DNA of 64,000 bases from Limisphaerales bacterium (GTDB lineage: Bacteria; Verrucomicrobiota; Verrucomicrobiia; Limisphaerales; SIBE01), in contig JBGAIN010000018.1 in assembly GCA_044225505.1 (NCBI GenBank), positions 5,353-69,352 on the forward strand. The letters are read 5' to 3'. The position numbers and the translations under genes were made by a program. Below are positions 19,787 through 30,315 of the stretch, piece after piece; position 1 is the first letter of the stretch, and each line of letters starts with the position of its first letter. The notes under the pieces were generated by a model. The model searched no databases. It was given only the letters and a program-made list of their open reading frames with translations, and was not told where the DNA came from.

Positions 19787-21139
19787 TCAGAGTCCACCGG
19801 CCACCCGGCCCACCTGCACCAGCGGTGAAACAACCGAAGTCCCGCATGATCCGGCAGGATCAGCACCTTTTTTGATTATTGACGATCGAAGCACTGCGCT
19901 ACACACCCCAGGAACAAGCCCCAGGGGAAAGGCGAACAGAACAAAGCTCTGATCATAATAGTACACTGAGAAAAACGTGATCACGTGCGCAAACAAGGCG
20001 GAACCAAGGCACCACAGCAGCCAATGGTCTTCACCACCACTAACACGCGGTGTTTTCATTGTCCGGCCGAGTGTGCGAAAGGCGCTAACCAGCATCGCGA
20101 TGAAACTGAGCATCAGAGCCAGGCCGCCAATAACGCCCATTTTGAGATAATAATTTGTAATGTCGGTGTGGTCGTCGCTCCACCACACACCTGTCGGCAT
20201 CCAGTGCCTCGTATGGTCAGTTCCGATCAACCACCACTCTCCGAAGTGCTCCAGGGCCTGCGTTATAAGTTCAGCGCGATGCCACCCTGTGCTTCCTCCG
20301 GTCAAGTCTATACGTGCCAATAGATACCAGACAGGCGATTTCATCACGAAGTGTAAACCCAAGATCGCGAGAATAGCGGCGATTTGGAAACGTCGAAGAT
20401 ACCCGCGCCACCTCCAGAGAAACAAGGCTGCCGCCCCTGTCATCAGAGTCATGATCGGCCCACTTGAGCCCGAAGCGTAGACGACGACCGCGCACCCCAG
20501 CGCCCCAATAGCAGTCCGGCGTGGAGAGGCTCGCCTCAGGGCGAAGATCAGGGGAATCGCAACCGCTCCTGCCGTTCCCAAAAGGATCGGGTGAGCAAAT
20601 GGGCCAGAGGCTCGGACTTTGCCGCCCCGAATTGCGGCTTGAGGTGAACCGGCACCGACACCGGCGTAGAAGTTCCGCGCAGTCACCTTCTCGGCTAATA
20701 GTGGAGCGGCTGCCGCCACCACAACGATTGCGCTCACTTTGGCGACTCGCAGGAAATCGCCTTTGGATCTCACATACGACCGAGCATAGAGATAAACCCC
20801 AGCGAGGTCGTAAATCAGAGAAAGCCTTTCCGTTAATGGGTTTCCCTTCCGGGGGTGGTGTCCCACAGTACTGACAAGAGCAATTGCCGCCCAAACCGCC
20901 AGGAGCCGGTCCAAAGGCACGGTCGCGGACCAGGAGAGAATTCCTCGCGAGACAGCTCGCAACAATCCCGCGAAAATCAGTAGCCGAACAACCGTAAAAC
21001 CTGCTCCTCCGAAATTCACAGCTTCGATGTTAGGCAGGTGATATACCGCGATCAACAGCGGTACGAAGCCCAACCGAAGCGGTAACAGCATCTGCGCTGC
21101 AACTAGGACAACTGCGAAGAGGATGTAAAGAACTGTCAC
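19787..21139 (-). CDS. O-antigen ligase / Wzy polymerase-like integral membrane protein
   Basis: ~10 hydrophobic segments; RASGPFAHPILLG and TGWHR...DITNYY periplasmic-loop motifs. Confidence 0.75.
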   Translation of the reverse strand: MTVLYILFAVVLVAAQMLLPLRLGFVPLLIAVYHLPNIEAVNFGGAGFTVVRLLIFAGLLRAVSRGILSWSATVPLDRLLAVWAAIALVSTVGHHPRKGNPLTERLSLIYDLAGVYLYARSYVRSKGDFLRVAKVSAIVVVAAAAPLLAEKVTARNFYAGVGAGSPQAAIRGGKVRASGPFAHPILLGTAGAVAIPLIFALRRASPRRTAIGALGCAVVVYASGSSGPIMTLMTGAAALFLWRWRGYLRRFQIAAILAILGLHFVMKSPVWYLLARIDLTGGSTGWHRAELITQALEHFGEWWLIGTDHTRHWMPTGVWWSDDHTDITNYYLKMGVIGGLALMLSFIAMLVSAFRTLGRTMKTPRVSGGEDHWLLWCLGSALFAHVITFFSVYYYDQSFVLFAFPLGLVPGVCSAVLRSSIIKKGADPAGSCGTSVVSPLVQVGRVAGGL

Positions 21140-21343
21140 TTATCTAGGCCCCAGCCAGTCGGAGCCCTCCGTTTCGAACTATTCTAATCTACTCTGCGAA
21201 CGGCAGGTATCCTAAGCCGTGCGATGGATCTCAGAGCAAGGTCGCTTGGAGGCGTGAGGTTCGAGGGGTGTCCTCCCCGAACCACCATCTCGAGCGAAGG
21301 GACGACTACATCCCAAACACCCGTAGCGAAATCTCCCCTGGAA

Positions 21344-23599
21344 CTACTTTTGGACCACTCGAAGGTTCGACGGCGGCTGTGGCGGTGCCGATCGAGCTAA
21401 GGCCAGAACTTCTGATGCAGACAACGCACGACTGTAGACCTTGAGCTCATCCATGGAACCCTTAAACACGTCGCCGCCTATTCCATTGCGGCCAACGAGA
21501 AGTGGTTGATCTGTGCGAGCGATACTCCCCGAAAACGGGGTCGTCCCGGCCAAAACTCCGTTCACGTAGACGCTTATACTGGAACCGTCGTAGACACCAG
21601 CCAAGTGATACCACGCACCGTAGGTGATCGGACTCGAACTATAGCACACTTCGCGAACTCCGTCTGGGCGGCTTACGGCCATTCTTACTCGCGGAGATCC
21701 TGTGGTATCTTCAATGATTAGGTCATAAGCGGAGTAGGGATATGAGTGCACGCCCTCCTGCAAGACCTTACGTGCGATAGCCTGCCATGAACCATTCGCC
21801 TGCGATTTTACCCAAGCCGCGATGGTCACTTGGTCGGAGGTGAGCTCCAAAGTAGGAGAAGTCGGAATCCGCAAATAGTCATCAACGCCATCAAAACTCG
21901 CGCACGCGGAGAGTTTTCCAGCAGTCCAACCGAGTCCGTTTAAGCAAGCTGCCGCATTGCCCGCTCCTGAAGAATCGTTGGCCACCAACCCCCCCGTCTC
22001 ATCCAGCTTCAGATATGCGAGCATTTCGGGAGCGACGTTAACTGAGTTCTGAACAGAGAACTGAATCGTGACCGGCACAGACTGATTCCCTTTACGGTCT
22101 AGGGCTATCGCCTTCAGAGTATGGTTACCGCTAGCCACCGCACCGCTGTTCCATGATAGGGAGTAAGGCGACGAAGCGGCGTCAACGGCTCCAATTGAAG
22201 CGTCGTCGACGTAAAAACTCACGCGAGCCAATCCATACCCGCTCGAGCCATCCACAGCATTAGCCGTAATGACCGTCGTCCCGTTAACAGAAGCCCCGAT
22301 GCTGGGAGCCACGATTACCACTGATGGCGGATTGGTGACAGTCGGTGGATCAACTAGTGGCGGAGTGACGTTTCCTCCGCTCACATACTGGAAAGCCCCA
22401 ATACTCCAAGCTCCGGAACTTCGAACGTTCCCAGCGGCGTCCACATTGTAGGGTGTGCCAAGGTCCTCCCCAGCACGAGTGTTAGCAGTCAAGCGGAAGT
22501 CACCATTCTTAGGATCAACAAAGCTCACCTCGCCTGTGTTTTTGATGTTACTAGATTCCGAACAAAGAGTGAAGTTTGGAAGGCACTTGTTCCCCTGCCA
22601 GATGTTATTCCTCACATAAACCGAGGAACCGGCGACGTTCCCGCCCCAGACTCCTGGCTGCTGACTATTCAAACCGTAGATAGTGTTGTTGAAGATGAAA
22701 ACATTCTTGCAGGTATCACTACTCGTGATGGCCAGAATCCCTTGGCTGCAACCTTCCCAGGCCTGAGTTCCTCGAAAGACGTTTCCGTAGATGTAAACAC
22801 CGTCCCCCACAATTTGCGGTTCTATATATGTCGTGCTTCCGTTTTGATACATGTCTTGTAAGACCGAGTTGCGGATCGTCACATTTTTGTTACCGGCAAA
22901 TACAATTCCAGCCGAATGATAAGCCGAGTTTCCCGACCCGCACGACTTGAAGTAGCAATGATCAACCAGTAACCCTGACCCAGTACTTTCCGTCAGCCAC
23001 GTCTGACCACCATCGCGAAGAAAGCAGTACTCAAAAACATGATCGGTGTAGCTGTTAGCTGAATTGTAGAACACTTTTGATTGAGATCCAATTCCAGCAC
23101 CAGCGCCGCTCATTTCGACGTGCCGAAATCGCAAATGATCAGCGGTATAGCCATTGTATATCCGAACAGTGCCCGCGTCCGCCGTTGTCGAGGAGGAAAT
23201 TCGTATGCCATGGCCGCTGGTACCTTCCCCCGTGACGCCATCGATATCCAGGTAGCTCATGCGAACATCCATCGTCACTCCAGCTCCAGAGAAGACGGCT
23301 TGCCCGTTACCATAGGCGGCGTCCCAACCGGCGTCGGTCCCGTGGTTGTCTCCAGTCGCCTTCCGAATGTAGACGAAATCAGTGCCAGCCAGTGGGCGGA
23401 ATATGTAAGAACCGTAATTTCCCGAGGCAATGTAATAGGTGTCGCCACGAACTAGAGTTGCCGGGAGATAGGGCCATGCCGTGCTCCAATCGGCGCCGGT
23501 GCCTGGTGCGGCCGCATCGGGACGAATGTAGTGATTGGCGGCCATCACTGCCACGTGTCCTACCAGCAGGAGAAGGCTAGTAAATACTGTCTTTTTCAT
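21344..23599 (-). CDS. Secreted multidomain protein: right-handed beta-helix + bacterial Ig-like + LamG domain
   Basis: Signal peptide MKKTVFTSLLLLVGHVAVMA; beta-helix repeats ending DAAGNVRSSGAWSIGAFQY; Ig-like VSFYVDD...YSLSWNS; LamG FDGVDDY...WYHLAGVYDG...KGSMDELKVYSRALS. Confidence 0.8.
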   Translation of the reverse strand: MKKTVFTSLLLLVGHVAVMAANHYIRPDAAAPGTGADWSTAWPYLPATLVRGDTYYIASGNYGSYIFRPLAGTDFVYIRKATGDNHGTDAGWDAAYGNGQAVFSGAGVTMDVRMSYLDIDGVTGEGTSGHGIRISSSTTADAGTVRIYNGYTADHLRFRHVEMSGAGAGIGSQSKVFYNSANSYTDHVFEYCFLRDGGQTWLTESTGSGLLVDHCYFKSCGSGNSAYHSAGIVFAGNKNVTIRNSVLQDMYQNGSTTYIEPQIVGDGVYIYGNVFRGTQAWEGCSQGILAITSSDTCKNVFIFNNTIYGLNSQQPGVWGGNVAGSSVYVRNNIWQGNKCLPNFTLCSESSNIKNTGEVSFVDPKNGDFRLTANTRAGEDLGTPYNVDAAGNVRSSGAWSIGAFQYVSGGNVTPPLVDPPTVTNPPSVVIVAPSIGASVNGTTVITANAVDGSSGYGLARVSFYVDDASIGAVDAASSPYSLSWNSGAVASGNHTLKAIALDRKGNQSVPVTIQFSVQNSVNVAPEMLAYLKLDETGGLVANDSSGAGNAAACLNGLGWTAGKLSACASFDGVDDYLRIPTSPTLELTSDQVTIAAWVKSQANGSWQAIARKVLQEGVHSYPYSAYDLIIEDTTGSPRVRMAVSRPDGVREVCYSSSPITYGAWYHLAGVYDGSSISVYVNGVLAGTTPFSGSIARTDQPLLVGRNGIGGDVFKGSMDELKVYSRALSASEVLALARSAPPQPPSNLRVVQK

Positions 23600-23859
23600 C
23601 TTTTGCTAATTGTTACTACTCAAGCTCGCATCGTAAACTAGCGCTGCATTCCAGCACTGCCAAAACGGAGGCGAAACTCATCGTTACGGTTTCCCGAAAT
23701 TGCTCATTCGGGATAAGCAAGCCGCGCACCAAAAGGTCGCCAGAGAGTAAACTTTTCAACACAGTGAGTCTGGTCAATAAAATCCATCACTAGTTCCAAG
23801 CCTCAAGAAATGCCTCTTGTTACTCATGTCCTGTTCTTAGACATTGCCTGTCTCGCGTG

Positions 23860-24816
23860 TCACAATCGCTTAGCCCAAACTTCCAATCCTAAGGTCCATC
23901 TCAGCCGAGGGTACCATTTCCCTATGATCTGCTTCCATCGCGCAAATCGATTAAAGATCAATCCCAATGGGGAGCTTAAGACGGCAAGCATAATCCTTGA
24001 GAAACAAACCAAGGTCATCTCGATGCGGTAGAGCCACGCATACATCTCCGAACGGGTTCGTCGAAAGAAGCGCCATCTGGATTCCAACATGAGCACACTA
24101 GAAAAACTCGATGTAGTTGTTTGTGCGCTTGAAGCGCCTCCGTGATGGACGACGACCGATTTTGGAACAAAATAGTTCTTGTGGCCTGCCGCTTTGCTTT
24201 TGAAGCACAAATCGACGTCCTCCGAATACATGAAATAGGCCTCAGTAAACATTCCAAGCTGTTTAAAAATATCGCGGCGCAGCAACATGCAAGCTCCAGA
24301 AATGACGTCAACCTCGGCAACGCTTTCACCCGCATCATGTAAGGCCGCCATGCCCCAAAGCTTCGCCCGCGGAAAGAGTTTCTGAAGAAACTCCGTGTCG
24401 AGCATTTGGTTCAAGAGACTTGGGAAGGCCTTAATACAGCTGCTTTGAATCGTTCCATCTGTGTTTAGCAGCTTGCAGCCAACGACACCAGCTTGGGGCA
24501 GACGCTGAATTGCAGAAAACATTGAATCAAGGGCACCTTTGGCCATTTCCGTATCAGGATTTAGGAAAAGCACAAATTCACCCTTCGCCTGAGCAAAAGC
24601 CAGATTATTTGAGCGTGCGAAGCCGATGTTCTCGGCTTGAAAAAAACGCACCGAAGGAAACTCTTCTTTGAGCATCAAGTCGCAGCCATCGCGAGATCCC
24701 GAATCGACGACCAGCACCTCCCATTCAAATGGGTGAGGTTCTGTGGCAATAGAATCCAAGCATCGTCGAAGGAAGTCCTTGGAATTCCAATTGACGATTA
24801 TGATCGACAGATCCAC
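23860..24816 (-). CDS. Glycosyltransferase family 2 (rhamnosyltransferase-like)
   Basis: MDLSIIIVNWNS, LFLNPDTE, ISGACML, YFMYSEDVDLC. Confidence 0.9.
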   Translation of the reverse strand: MDLSIIIVNWNSKDFLRRCLDSIATEPHPFEWEVLVVDSGSRDGCDLMLKEEFPSVRFFQAENIGFARSNNLAFAQAKGEFVLFLNPDTEMAKGALDSMFSAIQRLPQAGVVGCKLLNTDGTIQSSCIKAFPSLLNQMLDTEFLQKLFPRAKLWGMAALHDAGESVAEVDVISGACMLLRRDIFKQLGMFTEAYFMYSEDVDLCFKSKAAGHKNYFVPKSVVVHHGGASSAQTTTSSFSSVLMLESRWRFFRRTRSEMYAWLYRIEMTLVCFSRIMLAVLSSPLGLIFNRFARWKQIIGKWYPRLRWTLGLEVWAKRL

Positions 24817-24854
24817 GGTGTCAGCGAAGGCAGTCTACCCGAGAGAGAAGCAAA

Positions 24855-26732
24855 CTACTTCCGAAGGAATGCGCGGTGCCAGAGTTCTAGCGAGACAAGC
24901 AAATAGATGTTACGCATGTAGTTCTCCGAACCACTGCGATCGCGTTCAAGCATCTGTCGAATGTAAGACTGATCGAAGTACTGCCCCATGGACGAATCCG
25001 AACTGAGCAAACAATCATCCACAATGTAACGCAGCGACTGCCGCAGCCAAGTGGCGATTGGGTGCGCAAATCCCTTCTTCTTGCGGCGAATCACCTCACG
25101 AGGAAGCCATTTCTGTAATGCCTTTTTGTGCAGGTATTTTCCCGTCAAGCCGCGCAGTTTTAAATGCGGCGGTAAGCTCTCAATAAACTCCACCAAGCGG
25201 TAGTCCAAGAACGGAACTCGAACTTCGAGTGAATTTGCCATGGAGGTCTTGTCGGCCACCATCAAGAGATCATCAGGCAGACTCGCGCGTGCATCAATGT
25301 AAAGCATTTGAGTCAACGGATCAAGGTCACGGACGTCGCTTTGAAGCCGGCGCAGGGCTTCCTTTGCCCCGTAGGGATCACGAGCGAATCGCTCCTGAAT
25401 TGGGCCTTTGAACAGCTGCCGCTTCATGTCCGCGCTGAAAAACGAATAGATGCGAGCAAACCGAGTTAAAACGTCCGGTTCGCCCAGTGAGGCAAGACCG
25501 CGTTTGAATCGCTCCATGCGCCCTGGGATTCGTCCAAGCAAAGGCATCATGCCTTCGGTTACCATTTTTGGCATGCGACTGTACCACTCCGAAATCTTCA
25601 CTCCCACATAGCGATCGTAACCTGCCCATGGTTCATCCGCACCTTGACCAGTCAGCGCGACCTTGACTCTTTGACGAGTAATTTTTGAGACAAAGTAAAA
25701 CGCCGCGGCTGGCTCGTGGGCAACCGGCTCTTCCAGATCGCCCATATAGCGCTCATAGTAGTTGACGTAGTCGTCTGGCGTCACGATCATGGACTGGTGG
25801 TTTGCACCGAAAGTCTGTGCTATTCGTTTGGCATCTTCCACCTCACTAGTTTCCTCTCCTCCCAAGAAGCCGATGGTGAAGGACTCAATGGGCTTTGAGG
25901 AGTACTGGCTCATGATTGCCAATAGCACTCCTGAATCGACCCCAGAGCTTAGAAAGAGCCCGAGCGGGACGTCACTACGCAGTTGCAAGCGCACAGCATC
26001 CTCGAGCAGCGATTGATATTCGGCGACCAGATCATCCTCGTTCCACACCTTCCGCAATTGCGGTACCCAATTCCAAAATCGATTGATTTCGACGCCTCGG
26101 GCGCTTAGCCGCATTGAATGGCCAGGTTCGAGTTTTCGGATGCCTTTGAACAACGTCTTCGGAGAAGGAACGGCTCTAAAGGAAAGCAACTCGACCAACG
26201 CGTCGAGATCAACCTCTCTGGGACATCCAGGAGATTGAAGCAGGGCTTTTATTTCGGACGCGAACAACACGCAGTCACCGACCGTGACAAAGTAGAGCGG
26301 TTTAATTCCCAGATGATCTCGCGCCAGGAAGACTTCCCGTTTTCGCTTGTCCCAAATGGCAAAGGCGAACATGCCGTTAAATCGCTTAACGCAGTCCGCC
26401 CCCCATTGTTCGAACGCATGGACTATGACCTCCGTATCCGAGCGTGTTCGAAATACGTGACCAAATGGTTCCAGCTCTTTTCTGAGTTCGACGAAGTTAT
26501 AGATCTCCCCATTGAAAACAATCTGAAGCGAGCCATCCTCGTTACCGATCGGCTGACCGCCCCCCTCGAGATCAATAATGCTTAACCGCCTGTGGCCAAG
26601 CCCCACTTCGCGGTCAACGTAATGGCCACTTCCATCCGGCCCGCGGTGCTGGATACTCGATGTCATCTGATCCAATAACCGCGAGCTTATCGGAGCACCG
26701 GACCGATCAAAAATTCCACAAATGCCGCACAT
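24855..26732 (-). CDS. asnB: Asparagine synthase (glutamine-hydrolysing) family amidotransferase, likely glycan amidation
   Basis: MCGICG N-terminal nucleophile, HRGPD, RDHLGIKPLY, LSSGVDSG, VALTGQGADE. Confidence 0.93.
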   Translation of the reverse strand: MCGICGIFDRSGAPISSRLLDQMTSSIQHRGPDGSGHYVDREVGLGHRRLSIIDLEGGGQPIGNEDGSLQIVFNGEIYNFVELRKELEPFGHVFRTRSDTEVIVHAFEQWGADCVKRFNGMFAFAIWDKRKREVFLARDHLGIKPLYFVTVGDCVLFASEIKALLQSPGCPREVDLDALVELLSFRAVPSPKTLFKGIRKLEPGHSMRLSARGVEINRFWNWVPQLRKVWNEDDLVAEYQSLLEDAVRLQLRSDVPLGLFLSSGVDSGVLLAIMSQYSSKPIESFTIGFLGGEETSEVEDAKRIAQTFGANHQSMIVTPDDYVNYYERYMGDLEEPVAHEPAAAFYFVSKITRQRVKVALTGQGADEPWAGYDRYVGVKISEWYSRMPKMVTEGMMPLLGRIPGRMERFKRGLASLGEPDVLTRFARIYSFFSADMKRQLFKGPIQERFARDPYGAKEALRRLQSDVRDLDPLTQMLYIDARASLPDDLLMVADKTSMANSLEVRVPFLDYRLVEFIESLPPHLKLRGLTGKYLHKKALQKWLPREVIRRKKKGFAHPIATWLRQSLRYIVDDCLLSSDSSMGQYFDQSYIRQMLERDRSGSENYMRNIYLLVSLELWHRAFLRK

Positions 26733-27067
26733 AGCTAATCTTTAAGGTTGTCCTGGGACGGCCAATCGAACTATCTGTTCGTTAGCCACGAATCAATGAT
26801 TCAACCATACACCGTGAGATTCATTCCTCGAGTATCTCTGTTAAGTGAAATGAAAGCATTCATGCCCACCAACGCCACGCATCCCAGTCGAGATCTACGA
26901 GGAGTATTAAAGCGTACCAATGGCTGCAGACGCGTATTCGTTGATTCGCATGAGACCTCTTGGCCAGGATCTATCGCTTGAGCCAGTTGCACCAATCGAG
27001 TCGGGCGGCAAAGCAAGGACAGAACGACTCTCGGTGCGGGGGTTAACCAGGCTGCCGTTCCCTGGTA

Positions 27068-27997
27068 TTAAGACACGCGGCTGGGCGCTGCTTTTGAGCA
27101 TTGTCCCGCTTCTGCGCCCACGGTCTTAGGAAGTGGAATACCGAGGGTCCGCATGAGCTTATGGCGTTGCTCAATTCTCAGATAACGTTGCGCATCTTTG
27201 GGAAGAACAATCGGTGCGCGGCATAAGATGCTCTCGAGATATCCATAAAGAGACAACAAACTTCCGATGAGCACGGGTTGATCGGGAAGCCTGTAAATAC
27301 AACGCATCAGGTAAAACAAGCCGCCGTATCCGAGCGAGTGGAACCGCCTGCCCTCCCTAATTTTTGCGGCAAGAGGTCGGGCCTTGGCAGTACCCGTGCG
27401 ACGGTGCTCAAGCACGCGGCACTCCGGGAACTTACGAACACGCCATCCTTTCATTCGAGCCATAATTTCAGCGGCAGCGTCGATTCCACCGAACGGCAGA
27501 CGCATGTATCCTCCGACTTGCTCAAAGCACGCACGACGAAAAAACTGCACAGCGCCAGCCACACTGTCTAACGTGCCATCTTGGGTTACGAAGCCATTTC
27601 CGATTTTGGTGTGAACAATGCCGCCCGTGATGCCCAAGACAGGATCGTCGTCGAACTTCTGCAACAGAGTTTGAAAGTAGTTCGGCTCAAATGATGTGTC
27701 CGCATCGAGATTTCCAATATATTCATATGGGATATCCTTTATCAGCTCAAAGCCACGCATGAAGGCGTCGACTTTCCGTCCAAAGTCACGGTCTCCGCTT
27801 CGCTGGAGATGGAGCGGTTGAATGAATGCGTGCCCCCGCACTTTCTCCTCAATCACCTTTTGCGTTTCATCGGTCGAACCGTCGTTGACAATCACCCAGC
27901 GGCTAGGGCGCACGGTCTGGTTGATCATCGAATCGATGGTCTTGCCGATGAGCGGGGCTTCATTATGAGCCGGAGTAATGATGACGAAACTGGACAT
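27068..27997 (-). CDS. Glycosyltransferase family 2
   Basis: IITPAHNEA, VNDGSTDET, NLDAD. Confidence 0.88.
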   Translation of the reverse strand: MSSFVIITPAHNEAPLIGKTIDSMINQTVRPSRWVIVNDGSTDETQKVIEEKVRGHAFIQPLHLQRSGDRDFGRKVDAFMRGFELIKDIPYEYIGNLDADTSFEPNYFQTLLQKFDDDPVLGITGGIVHTKIGNGFVTQDGTLDSVAGAVQFFRRACFEQVGGYMRLPFGGIDAAAEIMARMKGWRVRKFPECRVLEHRRTGTAKARPLAAKIREGRRFHSLGYGGLFYLMRCIYRLPDQPVLIGSLLSLYGYLESILCRAPIVLPKDAQRYLRIEQRHKLMRTLGIPLPKTVGAEAGQCSKAAPSRVS

Positions 27998-28024
27998 GGA
28001 AAATTCGATTCTAAACTAAGCCGA

Positions 28025-29137
28025 TTATCGTGTCGCCCCTAGGCCATTCCTCGCGCCGTTTTGGCACTGGGGAGTTAATACGGTAGCAAATGTGCCAAAC
28101 TGAAATCGTTGTGGATTTGCCGCCACCGCTTCGAGAAATGGTTTTAGAGACCGCTCATTATACCGGGTGTAGATTTTCGAATGACCAATCAAGACAAAAG
28201 GCACTCGATTACTTGAAGAAGACTTGACTTGGGCATCGGCTCGATTCAGAGCGCGGATCAATTGTCTTCCTGTGCATTGATTAAAGTCCGCCTTCCAAGC
28301 ATGCGACTCTGTCAGCAACGAAAGGCGTTGGAGCCATTTCGATTTGCGAACGGGCTTACACTCGGCGGCAGCGCCCGGACTGACTGGGCGCTGTTCGATC
28401 TTATGCTTAGAACCAGACAGGGCTCGGTGAATTCGGTTCGCCGACAAAAACGCTCCAATCCAACGCCTTTCACAATAGATCGGCGCTTCCCAAAGCGGGC
28501 TGCTTTCGTCTTGAAGACAGATGTCCGACTCTCGAGCACGCCACGGCTGAATCGCGCTGTGCGCGTTGCTATAGTCAAAGTTAACGATTCCGGACCTCTG
28601 ACCGTACTTGAACACAGATGTATCAAGCTCGATATCGTTGGCCACTAAAGCGCGAACAACATTACGTGACGGACTCACAGACCAGTTTGCGGCGCGAAAT
28701 GCCCAACAGCGATAACTCGGCTCGATAGGCTGCAACAAGCGCTCCAGGTAACTCTTTCCTATCCTTATCATCTCCTCCATTCGCGGATAAGGTAGCCCGG
28801 CAAAATTATACTCAGCCCAGTCTTGTTTCCATCGTCCGCCTTCGGCTCGAGCGTTGAAATAAGATGAGTGGAGGTGTAGTTGAACATCGTGTCCTGTTCG
28901 GATCGCGCGCTGCAATTGCTCGGCAATTGCGTTGTAAGAAAAATCATCTCTGCCCGTCTCCTCTTTATACTGCTTGAAACGGAGGATTTCGGCCGCATCT
29001 GCCATGATTGTCAATTTTGCACCAAATCGATCAAAAAACTTCAGCAACCTATCGGTAGGTTCCACCATGAGTTCCCAAGGGGAACCGTCTCCATTGCCAT
29101 GGATTTCATAATCGAGGGTGAAAATCGGAATGAGCAT
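28025..29137 (-). CDS. Polysaccharide deacetylase-like protein
   Basis: FTLDYEIHGNG, HDVQLHLH, AFRAANW (NodB-like motifs); start moved to ATG 29137. Confidence 0.7.
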   Translation of the reverse strand: MLIPIFTLDYEIHGNGDGSPWELMVEPTDRLLKFFDRFGAKLTIMADAAEILRFKQYKEETGRDDFSYNAIAEQLQRAIRTGHDVQLHLHSSYFNARAEGGRWKQDWAEYNFAGLPYPRMEEMIRIGKSYLERLLQPIEPSYRCWAFRAANWSVSPSRNVVRALVANDIELDTSVFKYGQRSGIVNFDYSNAHSAIQPWRARESDICLQDESSPLWEAPIYCERRWIGAFLSANRIHRALSGSKHKIEQRPVSPGAAAECKPVRKSKWLQRLSLLTESHAWKADFNQCTGRQLIRALNRADAQVKSSSSNRVPFVLIGHSKIYTRYNERSLKPFLEAVAANPQRFQFGTFATVLTPQCQNGARNGLGATR

Positions 29138-29154
29138 GTCGACACCTGGATGAA

Positions 29155-30288
29155 CTAACTTGCCGAAGATCTTGCTGTCGCCTCGAACAAGGCATCCACA
29201 ATACGCTCGGCGGTTCTTCCGTCCCAAAACTCGGGAACTTTTCCAATCGGCTCAACCCGCGACAGCACCTGACGCAAATCCTCCGCCAAGCGATCAGGAG
29301 TTGTCAGTCGGTTCGAACCCACAGTTACAGTCACAGGCCGTTCCGTATTCGGACGAAGGGTCAGGCAAGGAGTCCTGAAATAAGTAGATTCTTCCTGGAG
29401 TCCGCCCGAGTCCGTCACGACCACTTTGGCGTTTTCGGTTAGAGCTAATGAATCGTGGTATCCGAGTGGATCCAAAATGACGAATCCAGTTTCGTTTTCA
29501 ATCGGAATGCCCGATGTTGCGACGATTTTTCGCGTCCTTGGATGCATTGGAAAAATGACGGGCATGAGTTGCGCCATCTTCTTCAATTCTTGGAGAATGC
29601 GAATCAGCGTGGCTGGAACGTCTACGTTAGAGGGCCGGTGTAACGTCACATACGCAAAATTCTTAGCGCGGACGCTGAGCCTACTTAAGACATCGGACTG
29701 ACGGGCTTTGGGAAGATTCGCGATTAGAGCATCGATCATGATGTTTCCGACCAGTTTCACTTTCGACGAGGGCACGCCTTCGCGGTGGAGATTTTCGTTG
29801 GCGTCGGCCGACGGAGTTAGAAGGAGATCCGCCAAGGCGTCCGTAACGAGCCGATTCACCTCTTCGGGCATGGACCGATCAAAGCTGCGAAGCCCTGCTT
29901 CAACGTGAGCGACTTTGATCCCCAGTTTGGAAGCGACGACGGTGCATGCCATGGTCGAGTTAACGTCGCCAACCACGACGAGCCAATCGGGCTGGACATC
30001 GACGCAGACAGGCTCAAAGGCCATCATTATTTTGGCTGTCTGAACAGCATGAGAGCCTGACCCAACTTCTAAATTGAAGTCCGGCGCAGGAATTCCCATT
30101 TCATCGAAAAACACCTGCGACATTCTTGCATCGTAATGTTGTCCGGTGTGAATCAGACGAAAATCAAGGCGGCGCTTCGGATCGGCCGACTGATTCTGCC
30201 TTTGCATCGCGCTGATGAGCGGCGCAATCTTTACAAAGTTAGGTCTAGCACCGGCAACCAAGAGCAATTTGAGCGGCTTTGTGGTCAT
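29155..30288 (-). CDS. wecB: UDP-N-acetylglucosamine 2-epimerase (non-hydrolysing)
   Basis: GARPNFVK, HTGQHYD, VAHVEAGLRS, TDSGGLQEE, RPNTERP. Confidence 0.93.
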   Translation of the reverse strand: MTTKPLKLLLVAGARPNFVKIAPLISAMQRQNQSADPKRRLDFRLIHTGQHYDARMSQVFFDEMGIPAPDFNLEVGSGSHAVQTAKIMMAFEPVCVDVQPDWLVVVGDVNSTMACTVVASKLGIKVAHVEAGLRSFDRSMPEEVNRLVTDALADLLLTPSADANENLHREGVPSSKVKLVGNIMIDALIANLPKARQSDVLSRLSVRAKNFAYVTLHRPSNVDVPATLIRILQELKKMAQLMPVIFPMHPRTRKIVATSGIPIENETGFVILDPLGYHDSLALTENAKVVVTDSGGLQEESTYFRTPCLTLRPNTERPVTVTVGSNRLTTPDRLAEDLRQVLSRVEPIGKVPEFWDGRTAERIVDALFEATARSSAS

Positions 30289-30315
30289 TGATCGTTAATC
30301 GGACGGAGGAATCGG

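Noticed and set aside
1315-20894. Longer alternative-frame ORFs such as 1315-1791, 9630-10220, 14635-15165 and 20271-20894
   Set aside because: They overlap well-supported genes and have no family motifs; typical shadows in GC-rich DNA.
26733-27067. Small ORFs in the gap between asnB and the GT2 gene
   Set aside because: Short, in conflicting frames, with no motifs or RBS support.
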